IMG/VR virus record: IMGVR_UViG_3300031949_001696 | Reading direction: 5' to 3' (one strand) | DNA length: 64,000 nt | DNA from: a virus | Lineage: Duplodnaviria; Caudoviricetes | Shown: piece by piece, positions 31,200 to 41,133 of the stretch | Position numbering within the stretch: position 1 is the stretch's first letter | Layout of the letters: every line of letters starts with the position of its first letter | Notes under the pieces: model-generated | Told to the model about the DNA's origin: nothing | The model's input: the letters and a program-made list of their open reading frames with translations, nothing else | Databases searched by the model: none | Program-made: the position numbers and the translations under genes

Positions 31200-32938
31200 T
31201 TAAGCAGCGACGTCGTCTTCGATCTCGTCGAGCGCTTGCCGCAGGACCGCCAGGGCCTTCTTCTCGAGCTGCCGGATGCGCTCGCGCGAGAGCCGCATGG
31301 CCTTGCCGACCTCCTTCAGCGTCTCGGGTTCGGAACCGCCGAGCCCGAAGCGCCTCTGCACGATCTGGACGAGCAGCGGCGGTAGACGAACGAGCACCGC
31401 CGCGAGCTGGTCGCCTTCCTCACGCGTCGACAGGATCTCGTCGGCGAGGGCGTCTTCGCTGGCGAGGTAGCTGGGAGTCTCTCCCTCCTCGCTGCCGACC
31501 GAGTCAAACGCGGGAAGCGTCTCGCGGTGCTTGAGCCAGTCGCTTTCCAGCGTCTTGAGGCTCTGCTCGGAACCTTGATCGCGCTCGCGAGCTCGCGGCG
31601 ATCCGGATCGCGGCCGAGCTTCTTACGCAGCTCGACCTTCGCACGCCGGACCTTGGAAGAGAGGTCGTGCAAGTGGACGGGCACGCGCACCTCACCGCTG
31701 TTCTGCCGCGCGCGGACGAGGTAGTGGCGGATCCACCAAGTCGCGAAGGTCGAGAAGCGCAAGCCCCGACGGTAATCGTAGCGTGAGATCGCCTTGAGCA
31801 GACCGAGGTTTCCCTCCTGGATGAGGTCGCTCATCGCGAGGTTCGTCTTGAGGTGATAGCCGTGTCGGCGGATCGTTGACGGCACCAGGCGCAGGTTGCA
31901 GATCGTGAAGCGCTCGCGGATCCGGTCAGCCTCGGCGGCGATCGTGCGCAGCGCGGCGAGTTCGGGAACCAGGCGCTTGTCCTTGGGATCGGCGCTCTCG
32001 ATCACGCGCGTCGCGATCAGGCGATCGAGATCTGCCGCGCGAGCCTCGCCGGCGTCCTTCGCCGCGACCGGCGAATCGAGTCCCAGCAGCAGCTTCTGTG
32101 CCTCGGGCGCCAACGGGCCGTCCATCAGGCGCGCCCAGAGCGCGATCTCGACTTCCTCGAGACGCCGGGACAGCTCTAGCTCCTCGGCTCTGGTCAACAG
32201 GTGATGCCCGCTGATCGCCGACGCATAGATCTGCGCGGCGTCCGGCGGCGCCGTTCGAGTGCGGCTATCAGAATGATCTTCGTCTCGCGTGATGCGGGTA
32301 CTGTTTGTTCGCGCGGCCTCCGGCGGTGCCGATCGAGTGCGGCTATCAGAATGATCTTCATCGCGCATGATGCGGGTACTGTTTGTTCGCGCGGCATCCG
32401 GCGCCGCCGTACGTCCACGGCCAGGATGATCCTCGTCGTCGTCGCGTTTGTTGCGACGAGGCGCCCGCGTCGCGGGTTCCCGCTTCCCGGCCGATCCGGA
32501 TCGTGTGCCCCCTGCGGCCGACGCGCGCGTGTGGCGGCGTCCGCGACCGTTCCCTTCCGATCGCAGGAGGCCCATCTTGCGCAACGTGAAGATCTCGGTG
32601 TGGAGGGTCCCGCGGTTGACCGGACGGTGCTCCTCCAGCTCGCGGCGGATCTCCATGGTCGACCGGGCCTGGCCATCGGAGAGTAGGCCCAGCACGGCCT
32701 CACGGAGCGATCCGCTCGGCGGCTCCTTCGCCGGCGCGGCGAGAAGAAGTGGGGCACCCCGCACGCCACCCGAAGAGAGTTCGGCCATGTCGCCGCCCAG
32801 GTCACCCTCGATCGTCGCGAGGAAGTGCCCGTAGTCCGAGGGCGCGAGGCGGCGGAACGCGGAGACGGCCTCGTCGATCCGCGCGCGCTGGTCCTGGCCA
32901 GCTCGCAGATGCCGCACGATCGGAGAGTCGTCGCCCAC
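31200..32938 (-). pseudogene. RpoD/RpoS-like sigma-70 factor with N-terminal winged-helix extension; single-base frameshift at ~31570 separates region 4 (may be a sequencing error)
   Basis: Region 1.2 LLTRAEELELSR, region 2 NLRLV..DLIQEGNLGLLKAISRYDYRRGLRFSTFATWWIR and region 3 VRVPVH..LGRDP. Region 4 RRFGL..TLKEVGKAMRLSRERIRQLEKKAL is in another frame. Restoring one base at GTT CC GAG rejoins them. Confidence 0.88.
32241..32408. repeat. 69-bp (23-aa) tandem repeat, ~2.4 copies, in the sigma factor linker
   Basis: AARTNSTRI.RDEDHSDSRTR.APP repeated in protein and DNA. Confidence 0.9.
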
Positions 32939-34305
32939 GCGTACGTTCTACACGAAGAGACCGACGATGCGCGAGGGTGCTTTGTCTAGGGAGATCTCAC
33001 GCCGCGCGGGTAGTATTCGGAGCATGAGCAAGAAGACCCAGCCCGGCGATCAAGTCGTGATCACGCACGGTGACAAACGCGTCGAGGGCACCGTGCGCCG
33101 CGTCGGGTGCAGCGATCCAGATTGCCCGTCGTGCGAGGGACACTGGAAGGAAGAGGTGACACCGCCGCCGACGCTGGAGCGTCGGCCGAATTAACCATGC
33201 TTGTCCGGTTGTCGCCCACGATTCGCGCATCGGCATTTTCAGCTCTCCCCAGACCGACCATTATCCGTCGCCACGAACACCCTTGACGGATTTCCGCATC
33301 CAGCGCACACACGCGCCGCCTGCATGGCCGCGAGCGCCTTGACCTGGAGCAACGTCCACAGGTTCGATCTGTCTTCGGGATTCAGGTGAAGGTCACCGCA
33401 GTGCGGGCATGGCAGCCGGCCGAAGCCAGGCAGTGACCCATCGGGCAGTATGGCAGCGAGAAACACCGCAGCTCTCATGGTTCGCACGTCCTTGGGCAAC
33501 AACCGGATAGGCACGGAATTAACAATCGGCGCTCATCAAACAGCTTCGGGATCGGAGATCGCGTTCCAGCTCATGGTCACGAGCACCATCAGCGGGATCG
33601 GTTGACGCTGTAGCGGCTGACGGCCGGCGCGCTCCCACGCCAGGCTCTGCTCGTCGTGCAGGTCGGAGTCCACCACGGCCTCGACGCTCATGCGCAGCGG
33701 CGTGAAGGTGATCCGCAGCTTCGCCAGGTCGTCGAACGGCACCGGGCCCTTGTGCATGAACTGCATGTCGCCGTCGGACCAGTGGTCGAACGTCCAGCCC
33801 CCAAGGCCCGCATACGCGAGTGCTTTCTCGACGTCGGCGGCGGTCCACTCGTCTCGCCAGGACGCGAATTCGTGCAGCCTTTTGTGTTCGATCATGGGAT
33901 TCCTTTCTCCGTCGCAGCCTGGCTGTCGAGCTTCCCTATCGGGCAATCCCCGTAGTGACCGTGCGACGGATGATGCTGGCAGAAGAGGCAGAAGTCCGTC
34001 TATGTTCGAGTCTTCCAGTACGTAGCAAGCGCCATCAGGAATGCATCGGCATCCCCGTTGGAAATGTCGAGGTACAGCGCGGTCGCGTTTTCGCGGTCGG
34101 TGTAGACCGCGAGGCTGGTCGCTACGCGTTTATCGACGGCAACGAAGCCTTCCTCGTCGTCGTCCCTGCACCATTCGCAGTGATCGACCTTGGCCAGCAC
34201 GATTACGATGCGGGTGCCGATCCACACCATCCACACCCCGGAGTTGTCCATCGTCATCGCCCTTTTCCTGCCGATGACTCGATCTCTAGCACGGTTAAAC
34301 GCGTG

Positions 34306-34335
34306 TTGACAATGTCTCCACGGCTGTGTACACGT
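34306..34335 (+). promoter_or_regulatory. Putative promoter TTGACA-N17-TACACG(T) for the RHH-cas12m-array operon
   Basis: Perfect -35 box with 17-nt spacer. Parallels the element at 3511. Confidence 0.55.
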
Positions 34336-34341
34336 CGTGAG

Positions 34342-34509
34342 GTGCCGATCCGGAGATCCAACGACCTCCACATCCGTCTCAAACCAACAGAGAGTCGCGC
34401 ATGGCGAGCTGCTGCGAAACGCGCGGACGTGACACTCAGTGATTGGGTACGTCAGCTCGGCAACGCTGCCGCAGTTCCACCACCTGTCGCCACGAAAGAA
34501 GGGAAGTGA
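34342..34509 (+). CDS. Small ribbon-helix-helix protein, 55 aa, directly upstream of cas12m
   Basis: MPIRRSNDLHIRLKPTESRAWRAAAKRADVTLSDWVRQLG..: beta strand LHIRL and TLSDWVR helix. Stops 3 nt before the cas12m ATG. Confidence 0.75.
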   Translation: MPIRRSNDLHIRLKPTESRAWRAAAKRADVTLSDWVRQLGNAAAVPPPVATKEGK

Positions 34510-34512
34510 CAC

Positions 34513-36588
34513 ATGCGCGTGTACAAGTTCCTCTGCATCCCCGCAACCGCTGCCGACGATCGCGCCTTGCGCGATCAAGTGTACTTGGGATCCCGCTACC
34601 GTCGACAGAGTGCGCTGATCGAGAACCGCGCGCGCGTGCTCCAGCGCGGGATCGCAGATCGACCGGCGCTGAATGTCCCGGAGAAGGATCGTTCCGCGTG
34701 GTGGAAATCGGAGGAGGGCAAGGCGGCACGCGACGCGTGGTACGCCTCCGACGAGTGCAAGATGCTCCGCGAGATCATCTTCGCGGAGAAGAAACGCGCG
34801 CTCAAAGCAGCGCGCGACGCCGCGATCGAGGCCGGCACCATGTGGGGAACGTGCGGCAAGGCGGACGACGCCGCAGACTTCGCGCGTCGCGCGGTCGACA
34901 AAAACGGCCTCATCGACGAGGACGGGCAGACCACGTTCGTGGACACGCACTTTCCCGCGGACGTGGGCCGCATCGCCGTGCAGTTCCAGAGGGGCAACGA
35001 GCGGATCGACACCCGCACGGGCAAAAAGATCCCCGCGAAGAAGCTCATCTACGCCGATGACCTGATCGGCGATGAGGATACGCGGCTCCGCATCGGGACC
35101 GTCGCCTACGCGCTGGCCGAGCCTGTCGACGGGTTCAGGCCCGCTGCGATCGACGCTGAGGGCAAAGCGATCGACGTCTACACGCGCGGCCTCAGCGAGC
35201 GAGAACAAGATCTACTCGCGCGAGATCAACGAGAAGAAGCGATCGCTGCCTACGCCGCTCGCACGCCCGCCAGCATCGATCCGTCGGGTAACATCTGCAA
35301 GACGCCCGAACAGAAGGCCGTCACGAAGATCGTCCGCTGGGAGCGTGGCGAGCGAGACGAGAAAGGCAAGCGCTACCATTCTCTCGCGATTCGCGTAGGG
35401 ACCATGCCGGGCACGATCCGTCCGATCTGGGCACACCTGCACGTGATGCTTCATCAGAGCCCGCGATCCAAGAATCAACTCGTGCTCGGCCACGACGTCG
35501 TCAAGTGGGCCGTGATCCGGCGCGAACGGACGGGCCTGCGCTATCGCTGGTTCCTCACGCTCGAGACCGAGGGGGACGTGGCGGTGACATCGCCGCATCC
35601 CCAGCCTCACGACGCGATCGCCGTCCACATCGGCTGGCGGCAGCTCTTCAGCGAAGCCGGCGATCCTGCCGGCATCCGCGTGCTCACGTGGAGCGCCAGC
35701 GCGCCGCTCGATCCCGACGATCCGCGGAGTCCCCGCGAGGGACAGCTCGTGCTTCCGCAGGAAGTCGTCGACCAGAAGCCGTTCGCCGATCGCATCCATT
35801 CGACCCGCGACAAGAACCAGGACGTGCTCCGCGACATGATCCTCGTGTACGCGCGATCGCTGCCGACGTCGTCGTGGCTGCGAGTCGAAGCTGCCCACAT
35901 GCACCAATGGCGCGCGCCCCGCAAGTACGTGCGTCTGTACTGCCAGTGGAAGGAGCAACGCATCCACGGCGATCAGGCCGCGTTCGCGGCGCTGGAGGCA
36001 TGGATCAAGCAAGATCGTCACCTGCTTCACCGCGAGGCGCCGAGCATCGAGCGCATGAAGCGTCAGATCGAGGGCAGGGTCACCGCGCTCGCGGTCCAGC
36101 TGGCCAAGCGCTACGGCGTCGTCGCCAGCGATAACATCGCCGTGGGCGAGCTGGTCAAGAAGGACGACCGCCACGACGAGGACGAGCAGAAGCTGCGCAA
36201 GAAGACGGCGCGGCGTGTGAACGTCGTGGCGCCGGGCGAAGCGCGAGCGCTCGTCCGCTACTTCGCGAAGAAGTACGGCTGTGTCGGCCTGGAGCTCGAC
36301 GCGGCGGGAGGCACGATCGACTGCGACGCGTGCGGACATCGACGTGACGTCGCCCGAGAAGACCGCGTGCAGCGGATGATCCGCTGCGAGAATTGCGGTC
36401 ACGTCGAGGACCAAGATCTCACGATGAGTCGGAACCTCCTGTCGGGTGCGAGCGCCGTCGCTCGCGGCGAGAGTGGGTGGCCGCTCGCGCCCAAGGTTCC
36501 GGCAGCTTCCACGAAGAAGCGAGCGACCGTCCGACGGAATCGGCGACGCGGGCAGCAGCCGCTCGCAAGCAGTGTCGGAACGCCGTAA
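34513..36588 (+). CDS. cas12m: Cas12m (type V-M/V-U1)-like effector, 691 aa, non-canonical RuvC H-D-D triad
   Basis: MRVYKF..P...LRDQVYLG, GRIAVQFQ, RuvC-I IAVHIGWR (His in place of Asp, as in MmCas12m VALHLGWR), QWRAPRKY, RuvC-II VVASDN, VAPGEAR, zinc finger CDACG..CENCG and RuvC-III DQDLTMSRN. The array starts 25 bp downstream. Confidence 0.88.
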   Translation: MRVYKFLCIPATAADDRALRDQVYLGSRYRRQSALIENRARVLQRGIADRPALNVPEKDRSAWWKSEEGKAARDAWYASDECKMLREIIFAEKKRALKAARDAAIEAGTMWGTCGKADDAADFARRAVDKNGLIDEDGQTTFVDTHFPADVGRIAVQFQRGNERIDTRTGKKIPAKKLIYADDLIGDEDTRLRIGTVAYALAEPVDGFRPAAIDAEGKAIDVYTRGLSEREQDLLARDQREEAIAAYAARTPASIDPSGNICKTPEQKAVTKIVRWERGERDEKGKRYHSLAIRVGTMPGTIRPIWAHLHVMLHQSPRSKNQLVLGHDVVKWAVIRRERTGLRYRWFLTLETEGDVAVTSPHPQPHDAIAVHIGWRQLFSEAGDPAGIRVLTWSASAPLDPDDPRSPREGQLVLPQEVVDQKPFADRIHSTRDKNQDVLRDMILVYARSLPTSSWLRVEAAHMHQWRAPRKYVRLYCQWKEQRIHGDQAAFAALEAWIKQDRHLLHREAPSIERMKRQIEGRVTALAVQLAKRYGVVASDNIAVGELVKKDDRHDEDEQKLRKKTARRVNVVAPGEARALVRYFAKKYGCVGLELDAAGGTIDCDACGHRRDVAREDRVQRMIRCENCGHVEDQDLTMSRNLLSGASAVARGESGWPLAPKVPAASTKKRATVRRNRRRGQQPLASSVGTP

Positions 36589-36613
36589 GATTCTTGGATC
36601 TTTGACAACTTAA

Positions 36614-39600
36614 GTAGCAATCGATGCGAGACCTCGCACTGGTCTCGACACGTAGGTTCCCGAGTCGGAGCGCATCTCGCCCGGCATGTAGCAATCGATG
36701 CGAGACCTCGCACTGGTCTCGACACCGTCAACGTCCACTTCGGCGCCGAGCACACCAAGTTCGTAGCAATCGATGCGAGACCTCGCACTGGTCTCGACCT
36801 CGAGCTTGCGCTTGAAGTTGGAGCGATCCTCACGTAGCAATCGATGCGAGACCTCGCACTGGTCTCGACAGTTGGTGGGGTTGGCGGAGTTGGCGCGCTC
36901 GCCGGATCGTAGCAATCGATGCGAGACCTCGCACTGGTCTCGACGAAAACAATAGCGCACCGAACGACGCAAGGTCGATCGTGTAGCAATCGATGCGAGA
37001 CCTCGCACTGGTCTCGACTCTTTGATCTCGGAGACGGGCACCACGCGTGAGAATCGGGTAGCAATCGATGCGAGACCTCGCACTGGTCTCGACCGATCAC
37101 TTGCCGCGCCGACCGGTCGGATGGGGTGGTAGCAATCGATGCGAGACCTCGCACTGGTCTCGACCAGACCGACGCACCAGCTGAGGCACACCACGCCGTT
37201 GGTAGCAATCGATGCGAGACCTCGCACTGGTCTCGACCGAGAGAAACGCTCGCTGTGACTCGACCGCCGATCGTGTAGCAATCGATGCGAGACCTCGCAC
37301 TGGTCTCGACAGCGCAAAGCTCCCCTGGTGGAGGAAAGCATTGCGGGTAGCAATCGATGCGAGACCTCGCACTGGTCTCGACGGCAGCGTGCTCCGCGCG
37401 AGCTGGCGCGCGACCTGGTAGCAATCGATGCGAGACCTCGCACTGGTCTCGACATTCACCACCTGCGCGTCTTGGTCGGCGAGTAGCAATCGATGCGAGA
37501 CCTCGCACTGGTCTCGACGTCTCGACCCAACGACCTACGTCACGGCCGAATGAGTCGACGATGTAGCAATCGATGCGAGACCTCGCACTAGTCTCGACAA
37601 AAGGCAGGCGACTTCGATGCGAGACCTCGCACTGGTCTCGACTATGTCCTCACGCAGCAGCGGGCCGATTACAACTTCGTAGCAATCGATGCGAGACCTC
37701 GCACTGGTCTCGACCGCCAACCCTTCCGTCACGCGGAAAGAAGTCGACGATCGTAGCAATCGATGCGAGACCTCGCACTGGTCTCGACGGCACCTCAACA
37801 GGCGACGAAACGCGCCAGCGTACGAGTAGCAATCGATGCGAGACCTCGCACTGGTCTCTGGTCTCGACTTCCGAGACGTTACTGGCTAACCTTCTTCAGA
37901 GACCCTAGTAGCAATCGACCTCGCACTGGTCTCGACATGCTCGACGGCTACATCCTCAGCACCGGCGCGGTCGTAGCAATCGATGCGAGACCTCGCACTG
38001 GTCTCGACGTAGAACTCCTCCAACGTGATTCGAGACAGGCGATTTCGTAGCAATCGATGCGAGACCTCGCACTGGTCTCGACGGAAATGTCTCACGACGA
38101 CAACGACGACGAGCAGGCGCGTAGCAATCGATGCGAGACCTCGCACTGGTCTCGACCGGCCAAACCGTCTGGCATCAACTCCGCGATGACACTAGTAGCA
38201 ATCGATGCGAGACCTCGCACTGGTCTCGACTCCCCAGCACACCACGTACACCGCCGAGTCTCAATCGTAGCAATCGATGCGAGACCTCGCATTGGCCTCG
38301 ACCGGCTGTTGTGCTCGGCCACGTGATCAGCGCGCGCGTAGCAATCGATGCGAGACCTCGCACTGGTCTCGACCCCTTGACGTACGCGAGGATCCTTCGG
38401 CCTTCGGCCGTTCGGGTGTAGCAATCGATGCGAGACCTCGCACTGGTCTCGACGATATCTCGTCCTCCAGCGCCAGCACCCTCGAACCGGTAGCAATCGA
38501 TGCGAGACCTCGCACTGGTCTCGATTCGGGCCTGAGGTAGCGATCACGGCCGACGAGCTGCGTAGCAATCGATGCGAGACCTCGCACTGGTCTCGACACA
38601 GAAGAAGCTGATGCGATCGATGCGAGACCTCGCACTGGTCTCGACGATATCTCGTCCTCCAGCGCCAGCACCCTCGAACCGGCAGCAATCGATGCGAGAC
38701 CTCGCACTGGTCTCGACGACGGTCTCTTGTCCGAGGACGAGTGCATCCGCAGATCGTAGCAATCGATGCGAGACCTCGCACTGGTCTCGACTTGTCCTCC
38801 ATTCGTCGGACGCTAGCGGGCGAGACGGGTACCGTCGGGTAGCAATCGATGCGAGACCTCGCACTGGTCTCGACTCCGCTATCATCTGGCAGATCGCGCA
38901 GCACCGCTCGTGTAGCAATCGATGCGAGACCTCGCACTGGTCTCGACACCGAGCAACTCAAGTTGCTGCGCGAAGCACCGAAGGTAGCAATCGATGCGAG
39001 ACCTCGCACTGGTCTCGACAAGCGTTACTGAGAAGGGAGAAGGGAGCTGCCGCAGCTCCGGCGTAGCAATCGATGCGAGACCTTGCACTGGTCTCGACGA
39101 GCTGGATCTCCCGGATTCCTTCCGATCCGCCGAGGTAGCAATCGATGCGAGACCTCGCACTGGTCTCGACCGCAACTCCGGCTCGCTATCGTCGAGATCG
39201 ATTGGAGTAGCAATCGATGCGAGACCTTGCACTGGTCTCGACTCGCTTCTGGAGATGGACCTCAAGCCTGGTGCACCTGTAGCAATCGATGCGAGACCTC
39301 GCGCTGGTCTCGACGTCACTGAGGCACCTGGATTGCTGACGTGACTCCGCACGTAGCAATCGATGCGAGACCTCGCACTGGTCTCGACACCGTCATACCC
39401 CCCGACGCGCACGTGCTCGGCGACGTAGCAATCGATGCGAGACCTCGTACTGGTCTCGACCAAATTCGAGAACCTGATCGATGCATCATCCGCGGTCGTA
39501 GCAATCGATGCGAGACCTCGCACTGGTCTCGACATTCAAGAAGCCAGCGACTGCGAACCGCCGACCGCCGGGTAGCAATCGATACGAGACCTCGCACTGG

Positions 39601-40495
39601 TCTCGACGTGAACCACGCGACCTGGCCGCGACCGAGGGTCGGGTGTCGGGTAGCAATCGATGCGAGACCTCGCACTGGTCTCGACTGGTACAGCACGTAA
39701 ACGCCGGCGAGCGCAGCGGCGTAGCAATCGATGCGAGACCTCGCACTGGTCTCGACAAGATCGCGTTCGCAGTTGCGGCGCCGTTCATTCCGGTAGCAAT
39801 CGATGCGAGACCTCGCGCTGGTCTCGACTAGGGCGTCCCAATCAGCGCGAGCGCACGGGTCACAAGTAGCAATCGATGCGAGACCTCGCACTGGTCTCGA
39901 CGATCTACGATCTACCGCTGGATCATCAGACTGCCAGTGACGTGAGTAGCAATCGATGCGATACCTCGCACTGGTCTCGACTATACCGAGCGCAATTTCA
40001 ACCCTGTCGCACCGAAGCGTAGCAATCGATGCGAGACCTCGCACTGGTCTCGACGGGCCGACCATCGCCCTCACGTCCAGCATTCCCGATGTGTAGCAAT
40101 CGACGCGAGACCTCGCACTGGTCTCGACCGGCACCTCCGTACTCGGCAGCGAGAAGCCTCTTGAGTAGCAATCGCTGCGAGACCTCGCACTGGTCTCGAC
40201 AGTTCGAAACGCTCGATCACAAGTTGCAAGAGATCGTAGCAATCGCTGCGAGACCTCGCACTGGTCTCGACTCGCTAAGCGCTAAGGGACTAAGGGACCT
40301 CGAACCAAACGCTTCTAGCCTGTAGCAATCGCTGCGAGACCTCGCACTGGTCTCGACTCGCTAAGGGACCTCGAACCAAACGCTTCTAGCCTGTAGCAAT
40401 CGATGCGAGACCTCGCACTGGTCTCGACCTTACATTGCTGTCGCCACGGCACCCGGTCGCCGCCGCAGCTGTAGCAATCGATGCAAGACCGCACG
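36614..40495 (+). CRISPR. CRISPR array 2: ~54 repeats of 36 bp GTAGCAATCGATGCGAGACCTCGCACTGGTCTCGAC, ~53 spacers, degenerate terminal repeat at 40471
   Basis: Regular repeats with a 3' hairpin CGAGACC-TCGCACT-GGTCTCG followed by AC. The degenerate last repeat fixes + orientation. Includes duplicated spacers and indel-bearing units. Confidence 0.99.
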
Positions 40496-40576
40496 ACGCG
40501 AACCGCTTCCTCGTGTAGCGGCAGCGGCTACTCCGGCGCACGTTCTGAGCCTTGACGCCTTGACGCGCTAGAGTGC

Positions 40577-40921
40577 TCATCCTGTGGTCACCTGTCTTCG
40601 CAAATTCTGTTCGACCCACGCGCGTGCCTCGGCGTGCCGGCGATACGTCTCGCTCGACTCGTGACGAAACAAGCGCTCCTCAAGCCGAAGTGGCGATGTG
40701 CCGACGGACCAGATCTCCAAGCGGAGTCCCTGGCGTCCCTTGCCGATCCGCCGGAAGCGCGTGCCAGCGACGCGGCTATCGGTGCTGGTCTTTATGCTGT
40801 CGGCAAGAGCGCGGACCGGACGGCCTTGGCCATCGACGAGTCCTTGCGTGTTGATCCACACCGCGAGCTGTCGGTGGTTGCGCGTCGGCGGCAGCGCCAG
40901 GTGCGTCGCTTTCAGGGGCAT
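40577..40921 (-). CDS. Hypothetical protein
   Basis: Last gene of a minus-strand coupled run converging on array 2. Confidence 0.55.
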   Translation of the reverse strand: MPLKATHLALPPTRNHRQLAVWINTQGLVDGQGRPVRALADSIKTSTDSRVAGTRFRRIGKGRQGLRLEIWSVGTSPLRLEERLFRHESSETYRRHAEARAWVEQNLRRQVTTG

Positions 40922-41133
40922 GCTTCCACCGAGAGCAAACGAGCGCGCGTCTCGTCACTGAAGATCACACTGACGCGCTGGTGTACGGCAGGCTCGTGGT
41001 TGAGTGACATGCCGTAGTAGCTCGTACCGTGGAAGTCGAGCGACCGTCCATCGTCGAGCTTGATGCGACCCCACCACGTGGTGTTACTGAAACGCGTGAC
41101 GACGCCTCGGCGAATACGCGGGTTGCAGCTCAC
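40912..41133 (-). CDS. Cold-shock-domain/OB-fold-like small protein
   Basis: GVVTRFS...WGRIKLDDGRSLDFHG resembles CSD RNP motifs. Confidence 0.5.
   Translation of the reverse strand: MSCNPRIRRGVVTRFSNTTWWGRIKLDDGRSLDFHGTSYYGMSLNHEPAVHQRVSVIFSDETRARLLSVEACP

Noticed and set aside
31560-31580. Programmed ribosomal frameshift in the sigma gene
   Set aside because: There is no canonical slippery heptamer, and other scattered indels in the window suggest error or decay.
39466-39481. 16-nt match of an array 2 spacer (TCGAGAACCTGATCGA) to the minus strand of the dioxygenase gene at 63518-63533, i.e. possible self-targeting
   Set aside because: The 5' seed-proximal spacer bases and the 3' remainder mismatch. 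A single 16-mer is plausible by chance given ~68 spacers and a GC-biased 64 kb window.
36399-40619. Many ORFs with SRPVRGLASIAT / VETSARSRIDCY repeats
   Set aside because: They are translations of CRISPR array 2.
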